Positions 17,632 through 26,075 of a stretch of DNA of 32,000 nucleotides are shown one piece after another (the stretch's first letter is position 1; every line of letters starts with the position of its first letter). A program made the position numbers and the translations under genes. This DNA is from Crocosphaera subtropica ATCC 51142. Lineage in GTDB: Bacteria; Cyanobacteriota; Cyanobacteriia; Cyanobacteriales; Microcystaceae. Under the pieces are notes generated by a model. It was given only the letters and a program-made list of their open reading frames with translations. It did not search any database and was not told the DNA's origin. The stretch is taken from NCBI RefSeq assembly GCF_000017845.1, contig NC_010546.1:1410001-1442000 (forward strand), in the 5' to 3' direction.

Positions 17632-17771
17632 GAATAATCGTTCATTATTGACTTCTTACCCCAAAAAGACGATAAAACGCCCAAGGATAAAAGGATACAG
17701 AATAGCGGATTTCAATATATCAAGAAACTGTCTCAATTCTAAAGGAAATCTTCACATTGGCAAGTCTCAAA

Positions 17772-17802
17772 TTATTAGTTATCAGTTATCAGTTATCAGT
17801 TA
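17772..17802. repeat. STRR-like heptamer array TTATCAG x3 perfect, plus degenerate flanking copies
   Basis: ttattag ttatcag ttatcag ttatcag tta, read directly. It lies 30 nt downstream of the stop of the 17833-18384 gene. Confidence 0.95.
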
Positions 17803-17832
17803 AATTGATTGGTCCCCGTTCATTGTTCACTG

Positions 17833-18384
17833 TTAAAACGGAAGACGAGGCACTTTACTGACAAACCCTTCTATACTTTGATAAATTTCTGCTAAGCGAT
17901 CGCCGTCTACATGAATTTCTTCAGTAGGATAGTTTTCAAATATTTCAATTAAGCGTATATTTTTATCAGATAAAGCAGAGGTAACTAATGCCCCTCTTAA
18001 GGATTCTCGATTCGCTCGTTTTGATGGGGTATGAATCACTTCTCCAATGGGATCGAGTACGATTCCTCCTGCAAAACTATTAAGGGCTTTTGATAAAAAA
18101 ACGGGATCAACATCCACATTATTATTTAATAATGTCCTTAATTCTTCTGGCTCTTTATTAGCTAATTTTAAATAGGATCTTAAGGATCTTGAGGCTTCTC
18201 CTGTGTTAGCTAAGTGACTTAATTCTTCAACGGAAACAGATTCTCGTAAAATACTATATTTTAAGATAACTCTTTCGGCTGCTTGCGCTGGTACTTTAGC
18301 TGAAAATAGCCCTAACAGAGAAAATAAGAGGCTCAACATAATTTGAGGTTTTTTAGATAGCTTTTTCTTCTGTGTCATCATCAT
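17833..18384 (-). CDS. Secreted protein resembling the cyanobacterial DUF1400 domain (normally the N-terminal module of putative alpha/beta hydrolases)
   Basis: 183 aa. Signal peptide ending AQA-AE. The segment ERVILKYSILRESVSVEELSHLANTGEASRSLRSYLKL...VDVDPVFLSKALNSFAGGIVLDPIGEVIHTPS matches my recollection of DUF1400. No hydrolase domain follows. Confidence 0.55.
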   Translation of the reverse strand: MMMTQKKKLSKKPQIMLSLLFSLLGLFSAKVPAQAAERVILKYSILRESVSVEELSHLANTGEASRSLRSYLKLANKEPEELRTLLNNNVDVDPVFLSKALNSFAGGIVLDPIGEVIHTPSKRANRESLRGALVTSALSDKNIRLIEIFENYPTEEIHVDGDRLAEIYQSIEGFVSKVPRLPF

Positions 18385-18520
18385 TAAGACAGTTCCTAGT
18401 TATATTTTTATGATTATTATTCTAACTAAAATAAAATGATTAACCCGAAATTTCAAGACAGTAACTTAAGGTGTCACAGATAATATTCCCATCAACTTAG
18501 GATTCTTGCCAGATACGCCA

Positions 18521-18550
18521 TTGCCTCTTGCCTTTTGTCTTGAATATAAT
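18521..18550 (+). promoter_or_regulatory. Candidate sigma70-type promoter for the 18586 gene
   Basis: TTGCCT (18521-26), an 18-nt spacer, then perfect TATAAT (18545-50). A purine-rich aaggaagg lies about 7 nt before the ATG. This is a pattern match only. Confidence 0.3.
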
Positions 18551-18585
18551 AGATAGAGTGGCTTGGAAAATAAGGAAGGTATTAT

Positions 18586-19908
18586 ATGACACTTCAGCCT
18601 GAAATCATGAAATCTGTTGAACAATTGGGCTACCGTGTCACTGTTGGAGACGTGGCAGCGAAATCAGGATTAAATATTAATTTAGCACAACAAGGATTGC
18701 TGGCTTTAGCGTCTGATGTGTCGGGCCATTTACAAGTCGCAGAGTCAGGAGATATTATTTATCTTTTTCCTGAAAATTTTAGAACCATTCTTCGTAATAA
18801 ATATTGGAAATTACAGTTAAAAGAAACCTGGGATAAAATTTGGAAAGTTTTGTTTTATATTATTCGTATTTCTTTTGGTATTATTTTAATTGCTTCGATT
18901 ATTTTAATGCTGATTGCTATCACTGTAATTATTATTGGTATTAGTTCGAGTCGTGACGGCGAGAATAATTCTAGTAGTGGTGGTAGAAGTTATCGAGGAG
19001 GTGGATTCTTTTTCTTTCCCAATTTCGGCGATCTCTTTTGGATCTTTTATCCTGATTATGGTTACCGTCGTTATGGTTCTTCGAGAAGACATCAAACTAG
19101 AGATTCTAATGAGATGAACTTTTTAGAAGCAATATTTTCCTTCTTATTCGGAGATGGTGATCCTAATTATAATTTAGAAGAACGTCGCTGGAAAACCATT
19201 GGAAACGTAATTAGAAATAATAAAGGCTCAATTATTGCTGAACAAGTTGCCCCTTACCTCGATAATATTGATCGTTATAATCAAGAGAATGAAGATTATA
19301 TCTTGCCAGTTTTAACTCGTTTTAATGGAACCCCTGAAGTCTCTCCACAAGGTGAATTAATTTACTATTTTCCTGAGTTACAAGTAACGGTTCAAGAATC
19401 AAGTCAAAAATCAATTGCTAGTTACTTGCGAGAAAAATTATATAAATTTAGTGAAGCTTCTAGTAGTCAAGTTATGTTAGCCATTGGCTTAGGAGCGATT
19501 AATTTTATTTTGGCGTTGGTATTAGGATCATTTTTGAGAGATCCCAGTCTTGTTGCACAATTTGGTGGTTTTATTGCTTTTATTAATTCAATTTACTGGT
19601 TATTATTAGGCTATGCTATCGCCTTTTTAGGAATCCCCACTATTCGTTATTTCGTTATTCAAGCAAGAAACAGTAAAATCGAAGAAAGAAATAGTAAACG
19701 ACAAGAAAGAACTAAACTTTTACAGGATAAAGATGAAACCATACAACATAAATTAGAGTATGCTAGTCAATTCGCAAATCAAGCAATTCTTCAACAATCT
19801 GATATTACTTATACAACAGAAAAAGATATCCTCCAACAAGAAATTGAACAAGCAGATAAAATTGATCAAGAATGGCAAAAACGGCTAGAGTCTTTAGACG
19901 ATAATTGA
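18586..19908 (+). CDS. Conserved-looking hypothetical membrane protein (cytosolic N-terminal domain, TM, Gly/Arg/Tyr/Phe-rich loop, further TMs, coiled-coil tail)
   Basis: 440 aa. N-terminal LGYRVTVGDVAAKSGLNINLAQQGLLALASD looks wHTH-like. Low-complexity loop SSGGRSYRGGGFFFFPNFGDLFWIFYPDYGYRRYGSSRR. C-terminal basic/acidic coiled coil with ERNSK repeated. Confidence 0.7.
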   Translation: MTLQPEIMKSVEQLGYRVTVGDVAAKSGLNINLAQQGLLALASDVSGHLQVAESGDIIYLFPENFRTILRNKYWKLQLKETWDKIWKVLFYIIRISFGIILIASIILMLIAITVIIIGISSSRDGENNSSSGGRSYRGGGFFFFPNFGDLFWIFYPDYGYRRYGSSRRHQTRDSNEMNFLEAIFSFLFGDGDPNYNLEERRWKTIGNVIRNNKGSIIAEQVAPYLDNIDRYNQENEDYILPVLTRFNGTPEVSPQGELIYYFPELQVTVQESSQKSIASYLREKLYKFSEASSSQVMLAIGLGAINFILALVLGSFLRDPSLVAQFGGFIAFINSIYWLLLGYAIAFLGIPTIRYFVIQARNSKIEERNSKRQERTKLLQDKDETIQHKLEYASQFANQAILQQSDITYTTEKDILQQEIEQADKIDQEWQKRLESLDDN

Positions 19909-19940
19909 AATATAAGAAATTGTCGATTGATTAATGAGTA

Positions 19941-20687
19941 ATGAAACCTTCTACTAATCCTTGGATTTATTTACCGAAACCCAATACAAACGCCAAAATA
20001 CGCCTTTTTTGTTTTCCTTATGCTGGAGGAGGAACCCGCATTTTTCGACATTGGCCAAACCATTTATCAGATACGCTCGAAGTCTGTGCTATTCGACTAC
20101 CTGGAAGAGAAGGAAGACTCTTAGAAACTCCCTTTTTCCAACTTCCCAATTTACTAGAAAGTCTAACGCCTAATTTGCTACCCTATCTCGATAAACCTTT
20201 TGCTTTTTTTGGTCATAGTATGGGAGCATTAGTCTGTTTTGAAGTTGCTCATCAATTAATCAAAAACTACGGAATATTGCCATTACATCTGTTTGTCTCT
20301 GGTCATTCTGCACCCCAACTGCCGAATCTTGATCCCCCTATTCATCAATTACCAGAGTCTGATTTTATTAAAGCCATTCATGATCTTAATGGAACGCCAA
20401 AAGAGGTGTTAAAAAATGAAGAATTAATGCAGCTTTTAATTCCCATGTTAAGGGCAGATTTTAGCGTGTTAGAAACGTACGTTTATCAACCTAAACCCCT
20501 TTTAACTTGTCCAATTACGGCGTTTGGAGGGTTAAATGACCCCGAAACCAACGAAACTGAATTAGCAGCCTGGGGTCAACAAACCAATCAATCATTTGAA
20601 CAACATATGTTTCCTGGGGATCACTTCTTTATTCATTCGGCCGAATCAGACATTTTTCTCATTCTTCAGCGATCGCTTTATTCATAA
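19941..20687 (+). CDS. Type II thioesterase (GrsT/TesA-like, alpha/beta hydrolase)
   Basis: 248 aa. LFCFPYAGGG, nucleophile elbow GHSMGA, and C-terminal GDHFF. This is the classic editing or stand-alone TE of PKS/NRPS systems. Confidence 0.9.
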   Translation: MKPSTNPWIYLPKPNTNAKIRLFCFPYAGGGTRIFRHWPNHLSDTLEVCAIRLPGREGRLLETPFFQLPNLLESLTPNLLPYLDKPFAFFGHSMGALVCFEVAHQLIKNYGILPLHLFVSGHSAPQLPNLDPPIHQLPESDFIKAIHDLNGTPKEVLKNEELMQLLIPMLRADFSVLETYVYQPKPLLTCPITAFGGLNDPETNETELAAWGQQTNQSFEQHMFPGDHFFIHSAESDIFLILQRSLYS

Positions 20688-21400
20688 TCTAAAATAACCT
20701 GTACCCATTTGGGAGGACGAGGAATGGGATTACCCAGTTTATCTAATACCAATAAAGCCACTAAATGTACGGCAAATAAATAGATAAGACTATTAACAAA
20801 AATGAGAACAACTGCCAACAATTGAATAAAAACAGCACTCGGTTGCGCTAAAATTCCTAATCTTAAAAATATCCATTCTGCCAACCCAGTCATCTGATTG
20901 ATGATATATTGCCATAAGTCTTCCCCCAAGAGAATAGAGAATAACCAAAAACGAAAAAAGAAGCCAAATGTCCCCAACAATGCCCCTGTAATCATAGAAA
21001 ATTCCCAAGGGACACCCCTACGCCAAAACGCTCCTAATTGAACCCCCATAACTCCATAAGGGATCAAAAAGACAATGCTACGAGTCGGTCCCATCAAGAC
21101 GGTTAATAATAACCCTGACACTAACGCTCCCATCCAAGCAGAACGACTTCCCCAACGAAGATAGAGTAAAGCAATGGGAATAGGGAAAAATATCCGTAAT
21201 AACGGACCGAGGGGAAAATAATAATTAATCAGCCAAATTAAGCTACCGGCACTTGCTAAAAACGCAGTTTCTACCATCGCCAGAGTCTGACGAATTTTAG
21301 CCGATTTAGGATTTAACGGAGAGGTTGGCATTTTTGGGGGGGTAGGTTGAGGTTCATTTCTTAACTCATCCCCCTCATCTACCCAGTTGGAATCATCCAT
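20678..21400 (-). CDS. Polytopic membrane protein (possibly DUF2232 family)
   Basis: 240 aa with a Pro-rich cytosolic N-terminus followed by about 6 hydrophobic helices. Its 3' end overlaps the convergent thioesterase gene by 10 nt. It starts 3 nt after the Crp-family gene stop, so it is likely co-transcribed with it. Confidence 0.6.
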   Translation of the reverse strand: MDDSNWVDEGDELRNEPQPTPPKMPTSPLNPKSAKIRQTLAMVETAFLASAGSLIWLINYYFPLGPLLRIFFPIPIALLYLRWGSRSAWMGALVSGLLLTVLMGPTRSIVFLIPYGVMGVQLGAFWRRGVPWEFSMITGALLGTFGFFFRFWLFSILLGEDLWQYIINQMTGLAEWIFLRLGILAQPSAVFIQLLAVVLIFVNSLIYLFAVHLVALLVLDKLGNPIPRPPKWVQVILDYE

Positions 21401-21403
21401 AGG

Positions 21404-22135
21404 TTACGAAATAATTTGTTCTAGAGCGTCCAGAGAGAAGATACACAGAATATCATCTTCCCGTTTAATTAAAGCTTTTTTTTCCAATTTAGTCAGGGAT
21501 CGCGTCACCGTTTCCCTAGCTAACCCACTAATACTACTTAACTCTCGATGAGGTAAATTAGGAATTTCGATCCCTTGGCTGGTTTGTTTTCCCTGGCCTT
21601 CAGCTAAGAATAACAGGGTATCAGCAACCCGTGACAGACTATCTGCTTCTCGTAACCTTAATCGTCGGTTAATTTGACGCAGACGCTTGGCCATAACTTG
21701 GGCCAGTCGAATCCCTGCGATGGGATCACTATGAAGTAGGGTAACAAAATCTTGTGACGGAATGCTACTGATAGTTGTAGGGGTTAACGTAATAGCATCC
21801 GTTGATCGTGGTACTTCTTCTAAGGCAGCCATTTCACCGATCACTTCCCCTTTGCCGACAATATTTAGGGTCACTTCTTTGCCGTCAACATTATGAGTGC
21901 GAATTTTTACCCATCCGTCTAGGATAAAGTAAACAGATCCACCCCAATCATTTTCTAGGAGAATGACACGATTCGCAGGATGAGTGCGAATCACCGCATG
22001 ACTCATTACCAGTTCTAAACTTTCTTCTGGTAAACCATTAAAGAACGGTGCTGTTTTTAGACTCTCTCGGAGGTCACTAGATTGGTTACGATAGTTTTTG
22101 ATATCTTCCATAAGCTTCATAAGCAGATTATCCAT
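21404..22135 (-). CDS. Crp/Fnr-family transcription regulator (cNMP-binding domain plus C-terminal HTH)
   Basis: 243 aa. Cyclic-nucleotide-binding signature GEVIGEMAAL...PRSTDAITL. HTH segment HRELSSISGLARETVTRSLTKLEKKALI. The sequence does not match NtcA. Confidence 0.9.
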   Translation of the reverse strand: MDNLLMKLMEDIKNYRNQSSDLRESLKTAPFFNGLPEESLELVMSHAVIRTHPANRVILLENDWGGSVYFILDGWVKIRTHNVDGKEVTLNIVGKGEVIGEMAALEEVPRSTDAITLTPTTISSIPSQDFVTLLHSDPIAGIRLAQVMAKRLRQINRRLRLREADSLSRVADTLLFLAEGQGKQTSQGIEIPNLPHRELSSISGLARETVTRSLTKLEKKALIKREDDILCIFSLDALEQIIS

Positions 22136-22226
22136 TGATCTGCTATGCTAAGCCTATCAAAAATTATCAACTTAATGATTAAAGTTTCTAAAAGTTGCTT
22201 ATTTTTTGTCTCTTTGAAAGGTTATT

Positions 22227-23879
22227 GTGACGGTTCAAGATAATGTTCAATCCTTAATTAGCGAGCTTGAGCAAATTTTGTGGCAAGATAAGCTCAAGGA
22301 GTATCCAGAGGTGTCCATTTTACTCGAAAGAATACGGCACCATTTACTGATGGGTCAATCTAGCCTAGAAAATCATTATGATATTCATGCCGAGAGACTT
22401 AGCGAGATTATTTTAAATCGGGTTGATCATAAAATTAGCGATCGCATTTTACAAGGGGAACTGCAACAACTACATTATCAACGAGATGCTTTATTACAAG
22501 AAATTAAAACTTTAGAAAGCCAAAAGCAAACCCTATTGTCCAATTTTGTCCAAGAATTATCAACGGATAGAGAACTATCCCTATCCCAAATCAAAAATTC
22601 TCAAGTTAATTACCTCAATGAGTCCCTAGAAACAGACTTTCAACCCTTATTAGAAGACTTGCATCTTTATTCTGATGCGTTACAAGCAGGAATCGAAAGA
22701 ATGTATCGTTTAGGACAACAGAGTGAAACAAAATTTTTAGCTTATTTGAATCGTTTACAAGAAAAATTAGAATTATTTTTACAAGACGAAAAAACCAAAA
22801 ACAAAATGATGATTCCTGATGATTGGTTTTTAGGGTTTGATATCACAACGCATAACCTATCTGGTTATTTATTTACTTATCACATAACAGATGATTCTCT
22901 AGAAAAAATAAAATGTTATTCTTTATCTGAACTGGTAGAATTATGCAGCTTAAAATTAGTGAATCATGAAAGTATTATAGAAAATGTGAAAGAAAAATTA
23001 ACCGCTTTACATCATATTTTTAATGATAACTCCCTAAAAATAGAGAATGACATATCCGTAAAAAATATTATAGAAAATATAAAAAAAATTGTTTTGATTT
23101 GTCCTTCTCGATGGAATGAAAAGGATCGAAACTTACTCAAAAATCTTATTGTAGAAAATTTCAAAATTAGTCAATTCAAAGAAGTTATTTGTATTCCTAA
23201 ACCCCTAGCTTTAACTTTAAGTAATTGTTCTCAACATCCATCAGATAACTCAGTTTTATCTTGTGTCATTAATCTAACGGAAACCAGAACAGAATTATCT
23301 ATTGTTGATCTATCTCAAGAACTTTCGGGAACTATGACTCAACAATTATTTTATGGGACTCAAGGAATCGATCAAGATATTCTCTGTTACTTAATTTATC
23401 CTCAATGGTACGATCAAATAACCTTAACATTTCCTCCTGTTCCGCAACCTTTACCTACTCCCGGAATAGCCGAAATTTCCAGAAGAAAAATTCTTAAACA
23501 ATACCTAGAAAATAATAGTCTAGGAAATGATCTAATCGAAGCTGCTCAATTAACAAGATTGATTTTACAAGAACAAGAAGAATTCACATCTACCCTAACT
23601 CAAAAATCTTGGTCAGTTAACCGTCAAGAGATGATAAAAAAAGTGATTAATCCTTGGATAAAAACCATCAATGAAAAGCTGAAAATTATGTTATCTCAAG
23701 GTCAATATTCCCCCGATTCTATTACTCATATTATTCTGGCAGGAGAAGGGATTAATTCTCTTGATCATGCTTTAATTCCTTGGTTAACTCAACGATTTTG
23801 TAAGGCTAAGGTAATCTCAGCAGAAAAACGGGTAAACGATGATCAAATCTTCATAGGATTAAACAATTTGCTCATTTGA
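22227..23879 (+). CDS. Coiled-coil protein fused to a divergent Hsp70/actin-fold nucleotide-binding domain (degenerate ATP-binding loops; no substrate-binding domain)
   Basis: 550 aa with a GTG start; the next in-frame Met is aa 41. aa 1-190 are heptad-rich. aa 198-550 align by eye to the DnaK NBD. FLGFDITTHNLS corresponds to GIDLGTTNS. VLICPSRWNEKDRNLLKNL...VICIPKPLALTLS corresponds to VITVPAYFNDAQRQATKDA...RIINEPTAAALAYG. VINLTETRTELSIV corresponds to YDLGGGTFDISI. GTQGIDQDILCYLI corresponds to GGEDFDxxLxxYL. IILAGEGIN corresponds to VILVGGQTR. Confidence 0.55.
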   Translation: MTVQDNVQSLISELEQILWQDKLKEYPEVSILLERIRHHLLMGQSSLENHYDIHAERLSEIILNRVDHKISDRILQGELQQLHYQRDALLQEIKTLESQKQTLLSNFVQELSTDRELSLSQIKNSQVNYLNESLETDFQPLLEDLHLYSDALQAGIERMYRLGQQSETKFLAYLNRLQEKLELFLQDEKTKNKMMIPDDWFLGFDITTHNLSGYLFTYHITDDSLEKIKCYSLSELVELCSLKLVNHESIIENVKEKLTALHHIFNDNSLKIENDISVKNIIENIKKIVLICPSRWNEKDRNLLKNLIVENFKISQFKEVICIPKPLALTLSNCSQHPSDNSVLSCVINLTETRTELSIVDLSQELSGTMTQQLFYGTQGIDQDILCYLIYPQWYDQITLTFPPVPQPLPTPGIAEISRRKILKQYLENNSLGNDLIEAAQLTRLILQEQEEFTSTLTQKSWSVNRQEMIKKVINPWIKTINEKLKIMLSQGQYSPDSITHIILAGEGINSLDHALIPWLTQRFCKAKVISAEKRVNDDQIFIGLNNLLI

Positions 23880-23976
23880 ACATATAAACTAGCTAATTTA
23901 ATCGAAGGTACAAGATAAGTACCTAAACATAATTAATTACACACTTTGATAAGAGTTTAAAATTACTGTATCTCTT

Positions 23977-24010
23977 CCCTGTTACCTGTTCCCCGTTCCC
24001 TGTTCCCTCT
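23977..24010. repeat. STRR-like heptamer array (CCCTGTT family, about 4.8 copies)
   Basis: ccctgtt acctgtt ccccgtt ccctgtt ccctct, read directly. It lies 27 nt beyond the premature stop of the truncated Uma2 gene. Confidence 0.9.
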
Positions 24011-24037
24011 CACAACTGTGCAATTTATTTTGTGTAC

Positions 24038-24409
24038 TCACTTAATAACTTTTTGTTCTAAATCTTTTTGAAGCGTGTTATTGGATACTTCGATCAACCA
24101 ATAGATATCTTGAGCATAGGGGTGATGATTACAATAGATAGTTTGAGGCAAGCGAACGATGGCTATGTCTGGTTCTGGTTCTGAATTATCTAAGGTTATT
24201 GGATGGGAATCTCTTACTTGAGCCTGTCCTTTAAGTAAATCTCTTAAGTAATCGCTTACCGATTGATTAGTATAGCTATGCTCGATCCCTTCTGGACTCA
24301 TCTTAACGATATCTCCTTCCAAAAGTTCAACTGGTTTACCTTCTAATACTCCAGAGTCAACCAGTTTGTGCCATTCATCTATCGACCATTTATAAAGAGT
24401 TGAAACCAT
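24038..24409 (-). pseudogene. Uma2-family endonuclease, 3'-truncated (lacks about the last 50-60 residues)
   Basis: From the ATG at 24409: MVSTLYKWSIDEWHKLVDSGVLEGKPVELLEGDIVKMSPEGIEH...EPEPDIAIV...YWLIEVSNNTLQKDLEQKVIK-stop. The reading frame ends where family members continue with K..YA.aGI.EYWIVdl...v.vyr. The track ORF start at 24448 is a TTG extension. Confidence 0.55.
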
Positions 24410-24558
24410 GTGTGCTTTCGTCCTTAACCATTGCCTAATTCTACACAATAATAAAAGGTCGCTATTGATGGCTCAAAAACTATCATTATTTTTGGGAGCT
24501 TTAAACCCAAATTTTCGGTAGAATTGAAATTTGTTTGACGACTTAACTCAGCCTAAAG

Positions 24559-26037
24559 ATGACCATCAACGACATCCCTGAAACCTTTGACCCTAAACCT
24601 CTTAAACCCCTACCCAAAATCAAACTATTAACCATGTTTCGGTTAGGTTTATTCCAAATGGGACTAGGGATCATGTCTTTGTTGACATTGGGCGTGATCA
24701 ACCGCATTATGATCGATGAATTGACTGTACTCCCTTGGATCGCAGCAACAGCGATCGCCATGTATCAGTTTGTCAGTCCGGCACGGGTGTGGTTTGGGCA
24801 ACTTTCAGATACCAAACCCATTAAAGGGTATCATCGCACAGGATATGTCTGGATTGGTGCCATTCTCTTCACTTCTCTGGCCTTTGTTGCCCTACAAGTA
24901 GTCTGGCAACTGGGAAGCAGCATCCAAGCCAACGGATGGAATTGGATCAGTTATGGTTGGGCTATTTTCTTAGGAGTCATTTTTGGCGGTTATGGGTTAG
25001 CTCTGAGTATGAGTTCTACCCCCTTTGCTGCGATGTTAGTGGATGTGTCCGATGACGATAACCGATCGCAATTAATTGGTATTGTTTGGTCGATGTTAAT
25101 GGTGGGTATTGTGGTTGGGGCGATCGTTAGTTCTCAATTACTGAATACTCCCGAAATTTGTGGTCAAGCTATTTTGTCCTACGACCCCACAGACACGGCT
25201 AAAATAGCTAATATTCCCACCTTACAGGCGACGGTTGACCCTGTATTTATTATTATGCCAGTGGTGGTCTTGGTCATGTGTTTTTTGGCCACTTGGGGGG
25301 TAGAATCTCGTTATTCTCGCTTTGGGATGCGGTCACAAACCGTACAACGAGAAGATCAAATCGGGTTAAAAGATGCCTTAAATGTGTTGACAGCCAGTCG
25401 TCAAACGGGACTCTTTTTTAGCTTTATTTTGATTCTCACCCTTAGTTTGTTTATGCAAGACACAGTGATGGAACCCTACGGGGGTGAAGTGTTTGGAATG
25501 TGTATCTCTGAAACCACCCAATTAAATGCCTTTTTTGGCACCGGAACCCTCTTCGGTATTGCCTCAACCGGTTTTTTGGTGGTTCCCCGTTTAGGAAAAC
25601 AACGCACCACGAAACTCGGTTGTATTTTGGCTGTGGGTTGCTTTGTCCTCATCGTTTTAGCCGGGGCTACCGCTAGTCAAAGTTTACTCAAGTCAGGGTT
25701 ATTATTTTTTGGCTTAGCATCAGGGATGATCACCGCCGGGGCCACCAGTTTAATGTTAGATTTAACCGTAGCTGAAACCGCCGGAACCTTTATCGGTGCG
25801 TGGGGGTTAGCACAGGCGATCGCTAGAGGACTGTCTACGGTTTTAGGGGGAGTTGTTTTAAATTTTGGTAAATTAATCTTTACCGTTCCTGTTTTATCCT
25901 ACGCTTTAGTGTTTGTTATTCAAGGGTTGGGTATGATTCTAGCGATTTGGTTGTTAGGAAAAGTCAATATTCAAGAGTTCCGGGATAATGCTAAATCAGC
26001 CCTGTCTATGGTGATGGAAGGGGACTTAGATGGGTAG
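24559..26037 (+). CDS. PucC/BCD-family major-facilitator membrane protein (bacteriochlorophyll-delivery-like)
   Basis: 492 aa with about 12 TM helices. The family-typical N-terminus is MFRLGLFQMGLGIMSLLTLGVINRIMIDEL...AIAMYQFVSPARVWFGQLSD. Confidence 0.8.
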   Translation: MTINDIPETFDPKPLKPLPKIKLLTMFRLGLFQMGLGIMSLLTLGVINRIMIDELTVLPWIAATAIAMYQFVSPARVWFGQLSDTKPIKGYHRTGYVWIGAILFTSLAFVALQVVWQLGSSIQANGWNWISYGWAIFLGVIFGGYGLALSMSSTPFAAMLVDVSDDDNRSQLIGIVWSMLMVGIVVGAIVSSQLLNTPEICGQAILSYDPTDTAKIANIPTLQATVDPVFIIMPVVVLVMCFLATWGVESRYSRFGMRSQTVQREDQIGLKDALNVLTASRQTGLFFSFILILTLSLFMQDTVMEPYGGEVFGMCISETTQLNAFFGTGTLFGIASTGFLVVPRLGKQRTTKLGCILAVGCFVLIVLAGATASQSLLKSGLLFFGLASGMITAGATSLMLDLTVAETAGTFIGAWGLAQAIARGLSTVLGGVVLNFGKLIFTVPVLSYALVFVIQGLGMILAIWLLGKVNIQEFRDNAKSALSMVMEGDLDG

Positions 26038-26039
26038 TT

Positions 26040-26067
26040 CAGTAAACAGTGACCAGTTATCAGTGTT
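26040..26067. repeat. Degenerate heptamer array CAGTNNN x4 (STRR-like)
   Basis: cagtaaa cagtgac cagttat cagtgtt, beginning 3 nt after the PucC-like stop codon. The units are related to those at 5458 and 17772. Confidence 0.8.
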
Positions 26068-26075
26068 GAGGAGTA

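Noticed and set aside
17604-17802. Could the heptamer arrays be a CRISPR array or a minisatellite-encoded peptide?
   Set aside because: The units are 7 nt with no spacers, the arrays are under 35 nt, and no cas genes are present. This matches STRR-type simple repeats, not CRISPR.
18904-19117. Overlapping ORFs 18904-19095 (-) and 18935-19117 (+)
   Set aside because: Both fall in the low-complexity Gly/Ser/Arg-coding stretch of the 440-aa membrane protein, where repetitive codons keep several frames open. Their translations are homopolymer-like (TTT, VVV).
19961-21008. ORFs 19961-20173 (+) and 20793-21008 (-)
   Set aside because: These are alternative-frame ORFs inside the thioesterase gene and the membrane-protein gene respectively. 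The host frames carry the diagnostic motifs.
21404-22135. Identity of the Crp-family regulator as NtcA
   Set aside because: The sequence does not resemble the highly conserved NtcA sequence as I recall it. It is also longer at the N-terminus, so only the family is called.
24543-24761. 72-aa minus-strand ORF
   Set aside because: It is antisense to the 5' end of the PucC-like transporter gene.
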